Source of the DNA: a virus
Taxonomy: Duplodnaviria > Heunggongvirae > Uroviricota > Caudoviricetes
Direction: 5' to 3' (one strand)
Length of the DNA stretch: 17,361 nt
Virus record (IMG/VR): IMGVR_UViG_2657245015_000002
Coordinates: 1-17,361 of that record
In this document: piece after piece, positions 8,451 through 15,951 of the stretch
Position numbering within the stretch: position 1 is the first letter of the stretch
How the letters are laid out: each line of letters begins with the position of its first letter
Made by a program: the position numbers and the translations under genes
The notes under the pieces: model-generated
Database searches by the model: none
Told to the model about the DNA's origin: nothing
Seen by the model: only the letters and a program-made list of their open reading frames with translations

Positions 8451-9413
8451 CTAAATCAGAAAGTGACTCATATTAGATCTATAAATATCAGAATTTATCT
8501 TAATTTTGCTTATTGACTCAGATATTACATTCATCAGTGAATCATAGTCTTGACTAGTGCGCAAGGGATTAGCCAATTCATTATCAACAAGTTGTTGAGT
8601 TCCTTCGCAATTAAGTCCCAGTGGATTATCAGCCTTATGCGGTACAACAGCAAAAATAGGTCTTGCCGCTTTAATAGCAAAATCCGCCTGCGTCATTGTC
8701 CCACTATTTTTTGCTGCTTCGATTAGTATCGAAACTGCTGATAAACCTACCTGGATTCTGTTGCGTTGCACAAATGACTGCTTGAATGCAGGCCTCCCTA
8801 CAGGATACTCAGAAATCCAAGCCCCACCGTTAGATAAAATTTCATTTGCTAATCTAGCATTTTGTTTAGGCTTAGCGCTCTCTAAACCATGAGCTAATAC
8901 AGCAATTGTTTTAGCACCTGCCTTAAGAGTTGCCTTGTGTGCATTTGTATCAGTACCAATAGCTAGGCCGCTTACAATCACCACACCTCTTTCACAGATT
9001 TTCGTGGTAATTCTCTTCGTAATTTCTTCCCCTGCCATAGAAACTTCACGAGAACCAACAATTGCAACTCCTGGCATCTCACTAAGAATATTTACGTCCC
9101 CCTTCAAATATAACATTGCTGGGGGATTTGGCGTAATTGCTAAACAAATAGGGTATTTAGCATCTCCAAAAGGAATTGGAACAATCCCCAATGACAAATG
9201 CTTGCTCAAATAGTCTTCAGCATTATGCAATGACGCTATAGAAAAGGTGGATTTTAAAATCCCGGCTGAATTAACACACTCAACCAATTCATATTCATCG
9301 GAAATAATATGGAATGGAATATCGTTAAATAATTTAAGCAACCCTTGTTCTGATGCAAGTCTATCAACCTGTACCGATAGACCTAACAATATTTTGAATT
9401 GGGAAGGGTGCAT
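8451..9413 (-). CDS. DprA/Smf-like (Rossmann/SLOG-fold DNA-processing family) protein; cargo gene
   Basis: The central and C-terminal parts carry the DprA signature read directly from the translation: VAIVGSREVS...VVIVSGLAIGTDTNAHKATLKAG...TIAVLAHGLE...GGAWISEYPVGRPAFKQSFVQRNRIQVGLSAVSILIEAAKNSGTMTQADFAIKAARPIFAV. The start was set at the Met of MHPSQF (9413), which is preceded by GAGGAG and lies 4 nt after the upstream gene's stop. AT-rich relative to the phage core. Confidence 0.7.
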   Translation of the reverse strand: MHPSQFKILLGLSVQVDRLASEQGLLKLFNDIPFHIISDEYELVECVNSAGILKSTFSIASLHNAEDYLSKHLSLGIVPIPFGDAKYPICLAITPNPPAMLYLKGDVNILSEMPGVAIVGSREVSMAGEEITKRITTKICERGVVIVSGLAIGTDTNAHKATLKAGAKTIAVLAHGLESAKPKQNARLANEILSNGGAWISEYPVGRPAFKQSFVQRNRIQVGLSAVSILIEAAKNSGTMTQADFAIKAARPIFAVVPHKADNPLGLNCEGTQQLVDNELANPLRTSQDYDSLMNVISESISKIKINSDIYRSNMSHFLI

Positions 9414-9417
9414 TATT

Positions 9418-9987
9418 TCACTCCTCATAATTAGCTGTTTCTAGTAACGCCAGTGGCAATATTGTCTTTGCGCCTGCATATCTTAACAGATAATAGCACG
9501 CCGTCATACTCCCCCCAGTTGTAGTAACATCATCAATAAGGAGAATAACCTTATCAGCCACATTGGATGTAACTCCGATTGTTGACATATGATGTTCGAC
9601 AGAACGATCTCCGCCCCCCTTATGAGCACTCACTACTGTTGTTTTTCTCTGTAATGATTGGTTATATACAGCATTAGGAAATTTTTTCGCAATATCTTGC
9701 GCTATTTTTATTAAAGCTTGAGATACTTTTCCCTCAGCATGAGAAGGAACAATTGTTATCTCAAAGGGCACGTCGGTAAAAGCAACCCTACCAATCACAT
9801 AGCTTTGGAGGCTAGAAGTTAAAAGTTGGGTAAAAATATTAACAGCCTTTGCATACCCGGAATTTGAAGCGTCCTTCAAATCCATCATTGCCTTTGAAAG
9901 TCTATCCCCGGAACGAGGATTTCGCTCTCCTCGATATCGCCAAGGATGATATGTACCGCAAGAGTAAATTTTGATTGGCCCCATCAT
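9418..9987 (-). CDS. Phosphoribosyltransferase (type I PRTase)-like protein; cargo gene, first gene of a two-gene operon with the DprA-like gene
   Basis: 189 aa; C-terminal PRPP-binding-type motif VILLIDDVTTTGGSMTA (hydrophobic stretch-DD-x-x-TTGG-S/T) as in ComF/Apt-like PRTases; stop codon 4 nt upstream of the DprA-like start. Confidence 0.65.
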   Translation of the reverse strand: MMGPIKIYSCGTYHPWRYRGERNPRSGDRLSKAMMDLKDASNSGYAKAVNIFTQLLTSSLQSYVIGRVAFTDVPFEITIVPSHAEGKVSQALIKIAQDIAKKFPNAVYNQSLQRKTTVVSAHKGGGDRSVEHHMSTIGVTSNVADKVILLIDDVTTTGGSMTACYYLLRYAGAKTILPLALLETANYEE

Positions 9988-10011
9988 TTTTCTGCGCCTT
10001 AAGAGTAGATA

Positions 10012-10030
10012 TATCCATATTAAATGGATA
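10012..10030. promoter_or_regulatory. Perfect palindrome TATCCAT-attaa-ATGGATA upstream of the PRTase/DprA operon (candidate operator)
   Basis: 7-bp perfect inverted arms with a 5-bp spacer, 25-43 bp upstream of the PRTase start codon in the probable promoter region. Confidence 0.35.
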
Positions 10031-10114
10031 CTTACATCATTTACAACCCAAAAAATGACACCAAGTTATCACTAATGACTTAGGTTCAAATGCCAAACTA
10101 ACTCTCTGCGCGCG

Positions 10115-10133
10115 CTCGTATCCCCGCCACGCC
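10115..10133 (-). other. Candidate cos site (cohesive-end sequence) of the P2/186 family
   Basis: The minus strand reads GGCGTGGCGGGGATACGAG; its first 13 nt match the 19-nt cohesive ends of 186 (GGCGTGGCGGGGAAAGCAT, 13/13) and P2 (GGCGAGGCGGGGAAAGCAC, 12/13) as I recall them. Orientation and placement between Q and A are as expected for P2-like genomes. Confidence 0.45.
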
Positions 10134-10182
10134 TGCCCGCTTTATGTAGTGGTTTTCATGCAGGTGCATGATCTACGCAAAA

Positions 10183-10202
10183 GCCCGCCAGTTCTGGCGG
10201 GC
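10183..10202 (-). terminator. GC-rich hairpin followed by TTTTG on the minus strand (candidate intrinsic terminator just right of cos)
   Basis: GCCCGCC-agttct-GGCGGGC stem-loop; on the minus strand it is followed by TTTTGCG, so it would stop leftward transcription from the A/SOS side before cos. Confidence 0.4.
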
Positions 10203-10358
10203 CTTAGCAAAAACGATCCTCAAACGATCATGCAATCTCATGCAGCATAGACATTCACAGACGAGTAAAGCGAATCGGACCTTACGCAAGGTGAACTCCT
10301 CAGCGGGCATAATCAGTATGTCGGAAGATCTCTAAAAATAAATAATTCGGTTAACAGG

Positions 10359-10376
10359 TATGCTTACAAAAGCATA
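10359..10376. promoter_or_regulatory. Palindrome TATGCTT-acaa-AAGCATA within a candidate promoter upstream of the signal-peptide ORF
   Basis: 7-bp perfect inverted repeat lying between a TTAACA (-35-like) and a TATATT (-10-like) hexamer, about 100 bp upstream of the ORF at 10476. Confidence 0.3.
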
Positions 10377-10475
10377 TATTTGATTAAAAATCATGTAAGG
10401 GGGAGGATCTCAAACTGAATCGCCACGGGTTTTACAAATTTCGATAGTCTCTCTAACGTTTCGGCTGAGGTCAAA

Positions 10476-10901
10476 ATGAAAAGCTTTTACGTATTAATTT
10501 TAATTCTGGTTGCAAGCTTTGTTAGCGTCCCAGTTCAGGCGGTAACAGCTAAAAACTATGAGAAAGGAACTAAAGCTCAACAGAAATCAATATCTTACCT
10601 TTCATGTGCATTCTATGGCAGTAGCACACAATTAGATCCTAGCTACACGGAGCAAGTACCTACAGCCGATATCAAGATATTACAGAAAGCAGCTTACCAC
10701 GCTTACAACGATGCGCTCTCATACTTTGGCTATGAGGAACCAGATCACGAACAACGCATAATTGATTATGCTGAATTTGTGGCGTCGCAAGAAGCTGTGT
10801 TATGGGATAAGCCGGGAATGAATGGAAAGCAGGTAACACTAATTGCTCGTTCTCTCTACAATGAGAGTAACTGTAACTTGTTACTGGACTCAATTAAGTA
10901 G
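10476..10901 (+). CDS. Hypothetical secreted/periplasmic protein (cleavable signal peptide predicted); orphan cargo gene
   Basis: 141 aa; N-terminus MKSFYVLILILVASFVSVPVQA / VTAK looks like a Sec signal peptide with an AxA-like cleavage site; GAGGT Shine-Dalgarno 5-9 nt upstream; AT-rich; no family recognised. Confidence 0.55.
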   Translation: MKSFYVLILILVASFVSVPVQAVTAKNYEKGTKAQQKSISYLSCAFYGSSTQLDPSYTEQVPTADIKILQKAAYHAYNDALSYFGYEEPDHEQRIIDYAEFVASQEAVLWDKPGMNGKQVTLIARSLYNESNCNLLLDSIK

Positions 10902-11060
10902 GAAAAAGATGGTATTTTGCCCGTAGTTTCAACCTTAATCTCCGAACCTGTCGCAGAACGGGCGTTCACTCATCAAATAAACGCCACACCTAACGCCTCA
11001 CTGTACTCGTTGTTCAACCTTGCTGACGCCAGAATCAAGTTCAGACGCCAGCAACTTTTC

Positions 11061-11294
11061 TTAATGCAGCCAGCTGTCGTCTTCCCACACCTTCTGCATA
11101 ATCTTCATCACTTGTTTTCTTTCTTCGTCCAGTTGCAGTCCGGTCAGTTCCACACCGTTAGAGCTACCTTTGCGGATGCGAATTACCATTTTGGGATACA
11201 GGGGGCGCAGATTGCGGTAAAGCTCGGATTCAAGGGCGTCCAGGGTAGACTGGCTAATCTTCTGCTCTTTATCGATCATTATTTCAATGCGCAT
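11061..11294 (-). CDS. DinI-family protein (SOS-associated small regulator)
   Basis: The start was set at MRIEIMIDKEQ..., preceded by GAGGTG; the translation (MRIEIMIDK...LDALESELYRNLRPLYPKMVIRIRKGSSNGVELTGLQ...KQVMKIMQKVWEDDSWLH) follows the DinI pattern (MRIEV.I.K...L..EL.RR...FPD..V.VR...NN.L.V.G....K..I..ILQETWE). Confidence 0.7.
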   Translation of the reverse strand: MRIEIMIDKEQKISQSTLDALESELYRNLRPLYPKMVIRIRKGSSNGVELTGLQLDEERKQVMKIMQKVWEDDSWLH

Positions 11295-11304
11295 AAAGGT
11301 CACC

Positions 11305-11493
11305 TCAGCTGATGACATCCATTGAGCGGTTGTATTCGTGGGTTCTGATTTTTGCCATGAGTTCATCAGTCAATTCAGAAACCCACTGCAGAGCCAGCCC
11401 CTTCTCTTCATCACTACACTCACTAGCCGCTACAAGCTTAAGAAAAAAATCAATGCGCTGGAGCTTCAAAGACTCCAAAAAATAGTCCTGCAT
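11305..11493 (-). CDS. Small hypothetical protein (62 aa), first gene of the putative LexA-controlled operon
   Basis: Strong AGGAGG Shine-Dalgarno 5 nt upstream of the ATG; directly downstream of the LexA box; its stop lies 8 nt before the DinI-like start. No family recognised. Confidence 0.5.
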   Translation of the reverse strand: MQDYFLESLKLQRIDFFLKLVAASECSDEEKGLALQWVSELTDELMAKIRTHEYNRSMDVIS

Positions 11494-11533
11494 CTTTCCT
11501 CCTATGACACCAAAGTAATACTGTATATATAAC

Positions 11534-11553
11534 CACTGTTTATATTTACAGTA
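11534..11553. promoter_or_regulatory. LexA (SOS) box, CTGT-N8-ACAG
   Basis: caCTGTttatatttACAGta, with perfect CTGT...ACAG arms and an AT-rich 8-nt spacer (consensus TACTGTATATATATACAGTA); a second partial CTGTATATATAA lies at 11521-11532. Located about 45 bp upstream of the 62-aa ORF. Confidence 0.6.
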
Positions 11554-11645
11554 TATAATAATCTTACTGATGTAAAACGTTTTTTTACGTTCATCAGCCT
11601 GAAATGCCTGGTATTATTAAGAGCACGAATTGTTAACCCGCGTAA

Positions 11646-14060
11646 TTAATACAGGTTCCGCCACTTATCATCTTCCTGCAAACGCTGGTTCCGATAGAAG
11701 ATACGCAGGCCTGCTCCTGACGGAATACTGCCGCCGCGAAGGAGTAAATCGACCTCTTTCTCGCTGCCATCAAATCCTCTGGACTTCAGTTCATAGACGA
11801 GCTGCTGTCGCTGATGGTCTGTAATTCGCTGTTTGTAGTCTTTACGCCGTTTCGGTTTCACCAGGCGTAACCTTGCAGCCAGTTCCCGGCGCTCTTTTTT
11901 GCTCATACTGTGCAGGTATTCGTGCAACTCCTTGTCATCCATGCGGGTAATGTCCGTTCTGGTATCCCCATCAGCTGATTTGTCTTTCCCTTGTTGGTTC
12001 AAATTTTCAGCAAGGGGACAGTTATTGCCACGAGTCCAAGGGGCGCAAGCGCCCTGGTCGGCTGCCGCCTCCTGAACGTCAACGGCCTTACGAACCATTT
12101 TCCACTTCACTGCATGAGTGCAGATCTTGCCCTCTGCAATGGGTGACCAGATGCCATAAATACGAATACCGTGATCGCCATAGGCGGTTGGCTCTTCGTT
12201 GATTTCATAAGCGGTTCTGATGAGGTGATATTTGCGGGGAACCAGTACGCCGCCCTGCTTCATGATGTAGGTGGCAAAACAACCAGCATCAGCAGCAGCC
12301 AGAATGGCATCAAGACGCGGGTTATCCAGTACCGGCGCACCTGCTTTTTTGTCACCCTGTTGCCTTGCCGCCTGACCAGCCAGCAAGCGAAGTTCACGGT
12401 AAGCCTGACGTCCCGGAATACCAAAGAAGCGGAATTGCTGAACACGATGCAGAGACGCCCAGGCATTAACGTATTCAGCGTTATCACGCAGGGATTTACC
12501 CGTTTCCTTGCTGATCTCGCCAGCCAGACCACGCCCGTCAATGTTCTTACTGATGTATTTCGCGATGTAGCTTGTCGGCGTTCCTTTGCGCGGGTTTATC
12601 AGCTCAGATTTAAAGCGTGGACCAGTGTTATTACCCAGTTCCTCGCGGTCTTCACGGATGGCAAACTTACGCAACAATGCAGTAATGGCGCGGCGGTCTT
12701 TTTTGCGCATGAAACACAACAGGTGCCAGTGAACTGTACCGTCATGATGCGGCTCAGCCACCCGCACGCCATACCAGCGCAACCCGGCTTTGTGCATCGC
12801 CTTACGAAATGCAGCAAACATGCCGACCAGATAATCGCTGCTTTGTCTTACCGTCGCATTTGTCCAGGTTGGGTTTGGTCTGCCGTTATTGAGCGTGGAA
12901 TGGAAACGTGACGGACAGGTAATGGTGTAGAAAACGGCGCAGTCACCGCGCATTTCCGCGATAAGCTCCAGACCTTTAACACAGGCCATCATCTCATTGC
13001 GGCGGTGCGCCGGGTTGCTGCTGCTGGCGTTTACCACGTCTTCCATATCCAGCGTGTCGCCCTCTTCGTTCACCAGTTCATGAGAACGGAAAAACTCCAG
13101 TGACTTGCGGCGCTGCTCACGTTTATGCATCACGGCTTCATAGCTGACATAGGGAGATGCTTTTTTGCTGACCAGGCAGACAGCACGCAACTGCTCTTCC
13201 CGCCATTCGCAACGCATTTTCCATAATTTCCGGTACCACCAGTCGGCGCACAACATACGCGCCAGCGAACCCGGAATGAGTTCATAGGGCACGGGTTTAC
13301 GGCGGTTTCTTTTCCGACGGAGTTGCTCAAACGCAGGCGGGATGACATCCAGACGCAGGGTTTCCGCTGCCACCTTTTCCCATGTCTTGCGGATTTCTTC
13401 TGGCTTAACGTCATCGGTGGCATACAAATCACCACAAGCTGCATCAAGGCACATGCTCATATGCGCAGCGACAAGGGTAGACAGGCGTTTCACCTGATCC
13501 TGACTCATTTCAGGCAGAATCAGCAGGCCGTCCAGCCCTACATGGCTTGCCATAAAACGAAAAGATGCAGATAGCTGGCTGTCGCGTACATGCTCCAGTC
13601 GTTCCAGACATGGCTTAATCGTCTCACGTAAATAGCGGGAATAAGCCTTTGGCCTGCCCAGGCTGCTGAAGTATTCAATACGTTGCATCAGCGGCTTGCT
13701 GATATGGGAGGGCTGGGCGCTGACGTCTGCCAGAATGACCATGTCCGGGTTAAAACGCTGCTGCTCATGCGCCAACTTTGCCCGGCTAATGAGCTTATCC
13801 TGCTCCATTTCGCGTTGGACAGGATCACGGGATTCATTAAAGAAATAACGCTCCCAGACCTGATCACTCAGTGCCTCGCGGCGCAGTTGTTCCTGCTCGT
13901 TATCGGCAGCGTACAGAGTGATCAGGTTTGAAAGCGCAGAAACCGGCGCAACTTCCGCCGGGTCCAGATAAGGGTTAATGGCCTTTTTCGGGCTGTTCCA
14001 TGAGAACGATGCGGCAGCCTCGTTAAAGCCGCAGCAGTTGCTCATATCGGCATGGCTCAT
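11646..14060 (-). CDS. A: Replication initiation endonuclease (P2 gpA-like rolling-circle initiator)
   Basis: 804 aa; contains the HUH-type metal-binding motif ([13 protein letters not shown]) and tandem-tyrosine active-site region ([10 protein letters not shown]) typical of P2 A / phiX174 A-type initiators. Confidence 0.9.
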   Translation of the reverse strand: MSHADMSNCCGFNEAAASFSWNSPKKAINPYLDPAEVAPVSALSNLITLYAADNEQEQLRREALSDQVWERYFFNESRDPVQREMEQDKLISRAKLAHEQQRFNPDMVILADVSAQPSHISKPLMQRIEYFSSLGRPKAYSRYLRETIKPCLERLEHVRDSQLSASFRFMASHVGLDGLLILPEMSQDQVKRLSTLVAAHMSMCLDAACGDLYATDDVKPEEIRKTWEKVAAETLRLDVIPPAFEQLRRKRNRRKPVPYELIPGSLARMLCADWWYRKLWKMRCEWREEQLRAVCLVSKKASPYVSYEAVMHKREQRRKSLEFFRSHELVNEEGDTLDMEDVVNASSSNPAHRRNEMMACVKGLELIAEMRGDCAVFYTITCPSRFHSTLNNGRPNPTWTNATVRQSSDYLVGMFAAFRKAMHKAGLRWYGVRVAEPHHDGTVHWHLLCFMRKKDRRAITALLRKFAIREDREELGNNTGPRFKSELINPRKGTPTSYIAKYISKNIDGRGLAGEISKETGKSLRDNAEYVNAWASLHRVQQFRFFGIPGRQAYRELRLLAGQAARQQGDKKAGAPVLDNPRLDAILAAADAGCFATYIMKQGGVLVPRKYHLIRTAYEINEEPTAYGDHGIRIYGIWSPIAEGKICTHAVKWKMVRKAVDVQEAAADQGACAPWTRGNNCPLAENLNQQGKDKSADGDTRTDITRMDDKELHEYLHSMSKKERRELAARLRLVKPKRRKDYKQRITDHQRQQLVYELKSRGFDGSEKEVDLLLRGGSIPSGAGLRIFYRNQRLQEDDKWRNLY

Positions 14061-14914
14061 GCACGTACTCCGTACACGGCAGAACTATCCACGCCACGCG
14101 AATAATCAAATCCCACCCAGCAGCGCGGCCCGGAAACAGCAATGATTTCTGTTGCTGATTTACTCTCACCAGCTGCTACGCCGATGCTGCGTTTTACCTT
14201 GATATAGTGGTGAGTAAAATTGCGATACAGCGAACGGATCAGGGATGTGTCACTGTTAGAAACAATGACCGGATGTCCTTCTGATGACCGATGTTCAAGA
14301 ACGGATGCCAGGTGATACTGGTCATCTTCAGTAAAGCCGTCAGCGTGATAGCCGGAAAACGTACCGTCATAAGGCGGATCGCAATACACCACATCCCCCG
14401 CCTTCAACATCGCCAGCGTTTCATCAAAGCTGGCGCAGATAAACGTTGCTCGCTGGGCTTTTTCTGCAAAAGCGCGAATTTCTTTTTCAGGGAAATACGG
14501 ATTTTTATAATTACCGTAGGGAATGTTGAAATGCCCGCTCTTGTTATAGCGACATAACCCACGGTAACCGTGACGATTGAGATACAGGAAATATACCGCT
14601 TTCATGAAATCAGTAATTTCAGTTGAGTAATTAAACTCCTGCCTTATGTTGTAATAAGCCACCTCCCTGTTTGCGATCTCAAATAAAACTTTGGCGCGAG
14701 ATATAAACGATTCACAATCAGCGGCAACCTTTTTATAGAGGTTGATTAAATCAGGATTAATATCCGCAACCAGATAGCAGGGATAATCCGTCTCCATCAT
14801 CACAGCACAGGAACCCGCGAAAGGTTCAACTAGTCGCGGACCAGCAGGAAGATGTTTTTTCAGTTCGGACATTACGGCGGTTTTATTTCCCGCCCATTTC
14901 AAGATGGTGCTCAT
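14057..14914 (-). CDS. Dam-family DNA N6-adenine methyltransferase
   Basis: The start was set at [11 protein letters not shown], preceded by GGAGGTG; the translation carries the catalytic DPPY motif ([10 protein letters not shown]) and an N-terminal K-W-A-G-N-K / FAGSCAV SAM-binding region; the stop overlaps the A start. Confidence 0.85.
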   Translation of the reverse strand: MSTILKWAGNKTAVMSELKKHLPAGPRLVEPFAGSCAVMMETDYPCYLVADINPDLINLYKKVAADCESFISRAKVLFEIANREVAYYNIRQEFNYSTEITDFMKAVYFLYLNRHGYRGLCRYNKSGHFNIPYGNYKNPYFPEKEIRAFAEKAQRATFICASFDETLAMLKAGDVVYCDPPYDGTFSGYHADGFTEDDQYHLASVLEHRSSEGHPVIVSNSDTSLIRSLYRNFTHHYIKVKRSIGVAAGESKSATEIIAVSGPRCWVGFDYSRGVDSSAVYGVRA

Positions 14915-15138
14915 ACAGCACCTCCGTTGTAATGTTTGCCTTTCAGCTCTGCGATTTCCTGACATGTAATGCAAAGCTGCACACCCGGAATGGCACGGCG
15001 GCGTGCTGGCGGAATTGGCGCTTCACACTCAACGCAAAGCACGCGGGACACGCCCGGCGTTTTGGCACGGGCAGCACGGATATGGCGCTGGCGTTCTTCT
15101 TCAACGCGCTGCTGTACGAGATCCATTGCATCAGCCAT
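14911..15138 (-). CDS. TraR/DksA-family C4 zinc-finger protein
   Basis: 75 aa with CxxC...(17)...CxxC (CVECEAPIPPARRRAIPGVQLCITC) and a coiled N-terminus, as in phage/plasmid TraR-like proteins. Confidence 0.75.
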   Translation of the reverse strand: MADAMDLVQQRVEEERQRHIRAARAKTPGVSRVLCVECEAPIPPARRRAIPGVQLCITCQEIAELKGKHYNGGAV

Positions 15139-15377
15139 TAGTGGATCTCCTGCGCTTCGTTCTGGATTGCTTCAGCAGTCACACGCAGCAGTTCTGCCGC
15201 TTCCACGTGGTTTAGCTGACGGGATGAGATATGACACGCCAGGCTATCAAGGCGAGCTGCCATTGCTTCAGCCCTTGCCCGGCGTTCTTCCAGACGAGCC
15301 TCTGTCAGTAAAATATTAAGCCCTGCGTCATCCGGTCCGGTTTTAGTCGTGAGGGTTTCAATATTACGCATAATCAA
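15138..15377 (-). CDS. Hypothetical early-operon protein (79 aa)
   Basis: ORF packed in the early operon with its stop overlapping the TraR-like start; helical and Ala/Glu-rich; no family recognised with confidence. Confidence 0.5.
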   Translation of the reverse strand: MIMRNIETLTTKTGPDDAGLNILLTEARLEERRARAEAMAARLDSLACHISSRQLNHVEAAELLRVTAEAIQNEAQEIH

Positions 15378-15438
15378 TTCTCCTGAATTTAGATAAAGGG
15401 ATGCCCGGCGGGTTTACGCCATTAATTTCATTAGTTGG

Positions 15439-15780
15439 TTAATTCGGCATGGTTAGCCGTCTGGGAAATAAGCTCACCACTGCACGAAAATGATTCATTG
15501 CTTTAATCAGCTCCCGCTTTTCGTCAGTGGTCAGCTCATTAATGCTGATACTATGACGTTCAGCTGGAATTTTTGCCATAAAGAATATGGCAGCCAGTGC
15601 TCGTTTATTTTGTTCATTATTGATATCCCGTGGATCACGCATATCTTTAATAAACCGCTCAAGCTCTGACTCAATATTCAGGCCAAAAACTTTCGCCCTT
15701 AACTCCGCAATGTGATTAAGTCCATTCAGGCGTTCACCGGGGCTTAATGGAACAGTTGCCGCAGCGCCTTCAATAGCCAT
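15439..15780 (-). CDS. Hypothetical early-operon protein (113 aa); positionally equivalent to 186 dhr
   Basis: ORF with a GGGGGA-type RBS upstream; it follows the fil-position gene as dhr does in 186, but homology cannot be asserted from sequence alone. Confidence 0.45.
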   Translation of the reverse strand: MAIEGAAATVPLSPGERLNGLNHIAELRAKVFGLNIESELERFIKDMRDPRDINNEQNKRALAAIFFMAKIPAERHSISINELTTDEKRELIKAMNHFRAVVSLFPRRLTMPN

Positions 15781-15944
15781 TTGTTCCCCCGTTTTTTCGT
15801 AGATAGTTCTGCCAGCAATTCATCCTGTGAACGGCACGGATGCCAGCGTTTACCATCCTCCCCCATGATCCAGCCGTGACCGTAGTGCATTGCCGGGCTT
15901 TGTTTTACCAGCAGCGATGCAAATGATGGTTCTTTCGTCAGCAT
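15744..15944 (-). CDS. Small protein (66 aa) at the position of 186 fil (Fil-like by synteny)
   Basis: The start was set at MLTKEPSF..., 8 nt downstream of the CII-like stop; Cys/His/Trp-containing small protein; assignment is positional only. Confidence 0.4.
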   Translation of the reverse strand: MLTKEPSFASLLVKQSPAMHYGHGWIMGEDGKRWHPCRSQDELLAELSTKKRGNKWLLKALRQLFH

Positions 15945-15951
15945 AAGCACC

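Noticed and set aside
10672-11312. ORFs of 73 aa (minus) and 131 aa (plus) overlapping the signal-peptide gene and the DinI-like gene
   Set aside because: The 73-aa ORF is antisense to an ORF with a signal peptide and good RBS; the 131-aa ORF is antisense to the DinI-like gene and runs through the convergent intergenic region without a credible start context.
11338-11532. 64-aa plus-strand ORF overlapping the 62-aa SOS-operon ORF and the LexA box
   Set aside because: Antisense to a gene with a strong AGGAGG RBS; it would have to start inside the operator/promoter; no RBS of its own.
8426-11645. Search for CRISPR repeats, tRNA/tmRNA, integrase or transposase/IS ends in the cargo region
   Set aside because: No regularly spaced direct repeats, no tRNA-like cloverleaf or CCA-terminal structure, and no recombinase- or transposase-like ORF were seen; the cargo appears to be exchanged by homologous recombination of flanks rather than by a mobile element.
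12171-13931. Plus-strand ORFs (246, 83, 82 aa) and minus-strand alternative-frame ORFs (93, 72, 105 aa) within replication gene A
   Set aside because: Embedded in the 804-aa A gene, whose catalytic motifs are in the annotated frame; no evidence for overlapping genes.
14932-15319. Plus-strand ORFs (69, 116, 70 aa) and a 62-aa minus-strand ORF overlapping the TraR-like and 79-aa genes
   Set aside because: Alternative-frame or antisense ORFs within a tightly packed early operon; Arg/Ala-rich low-complexity translations.
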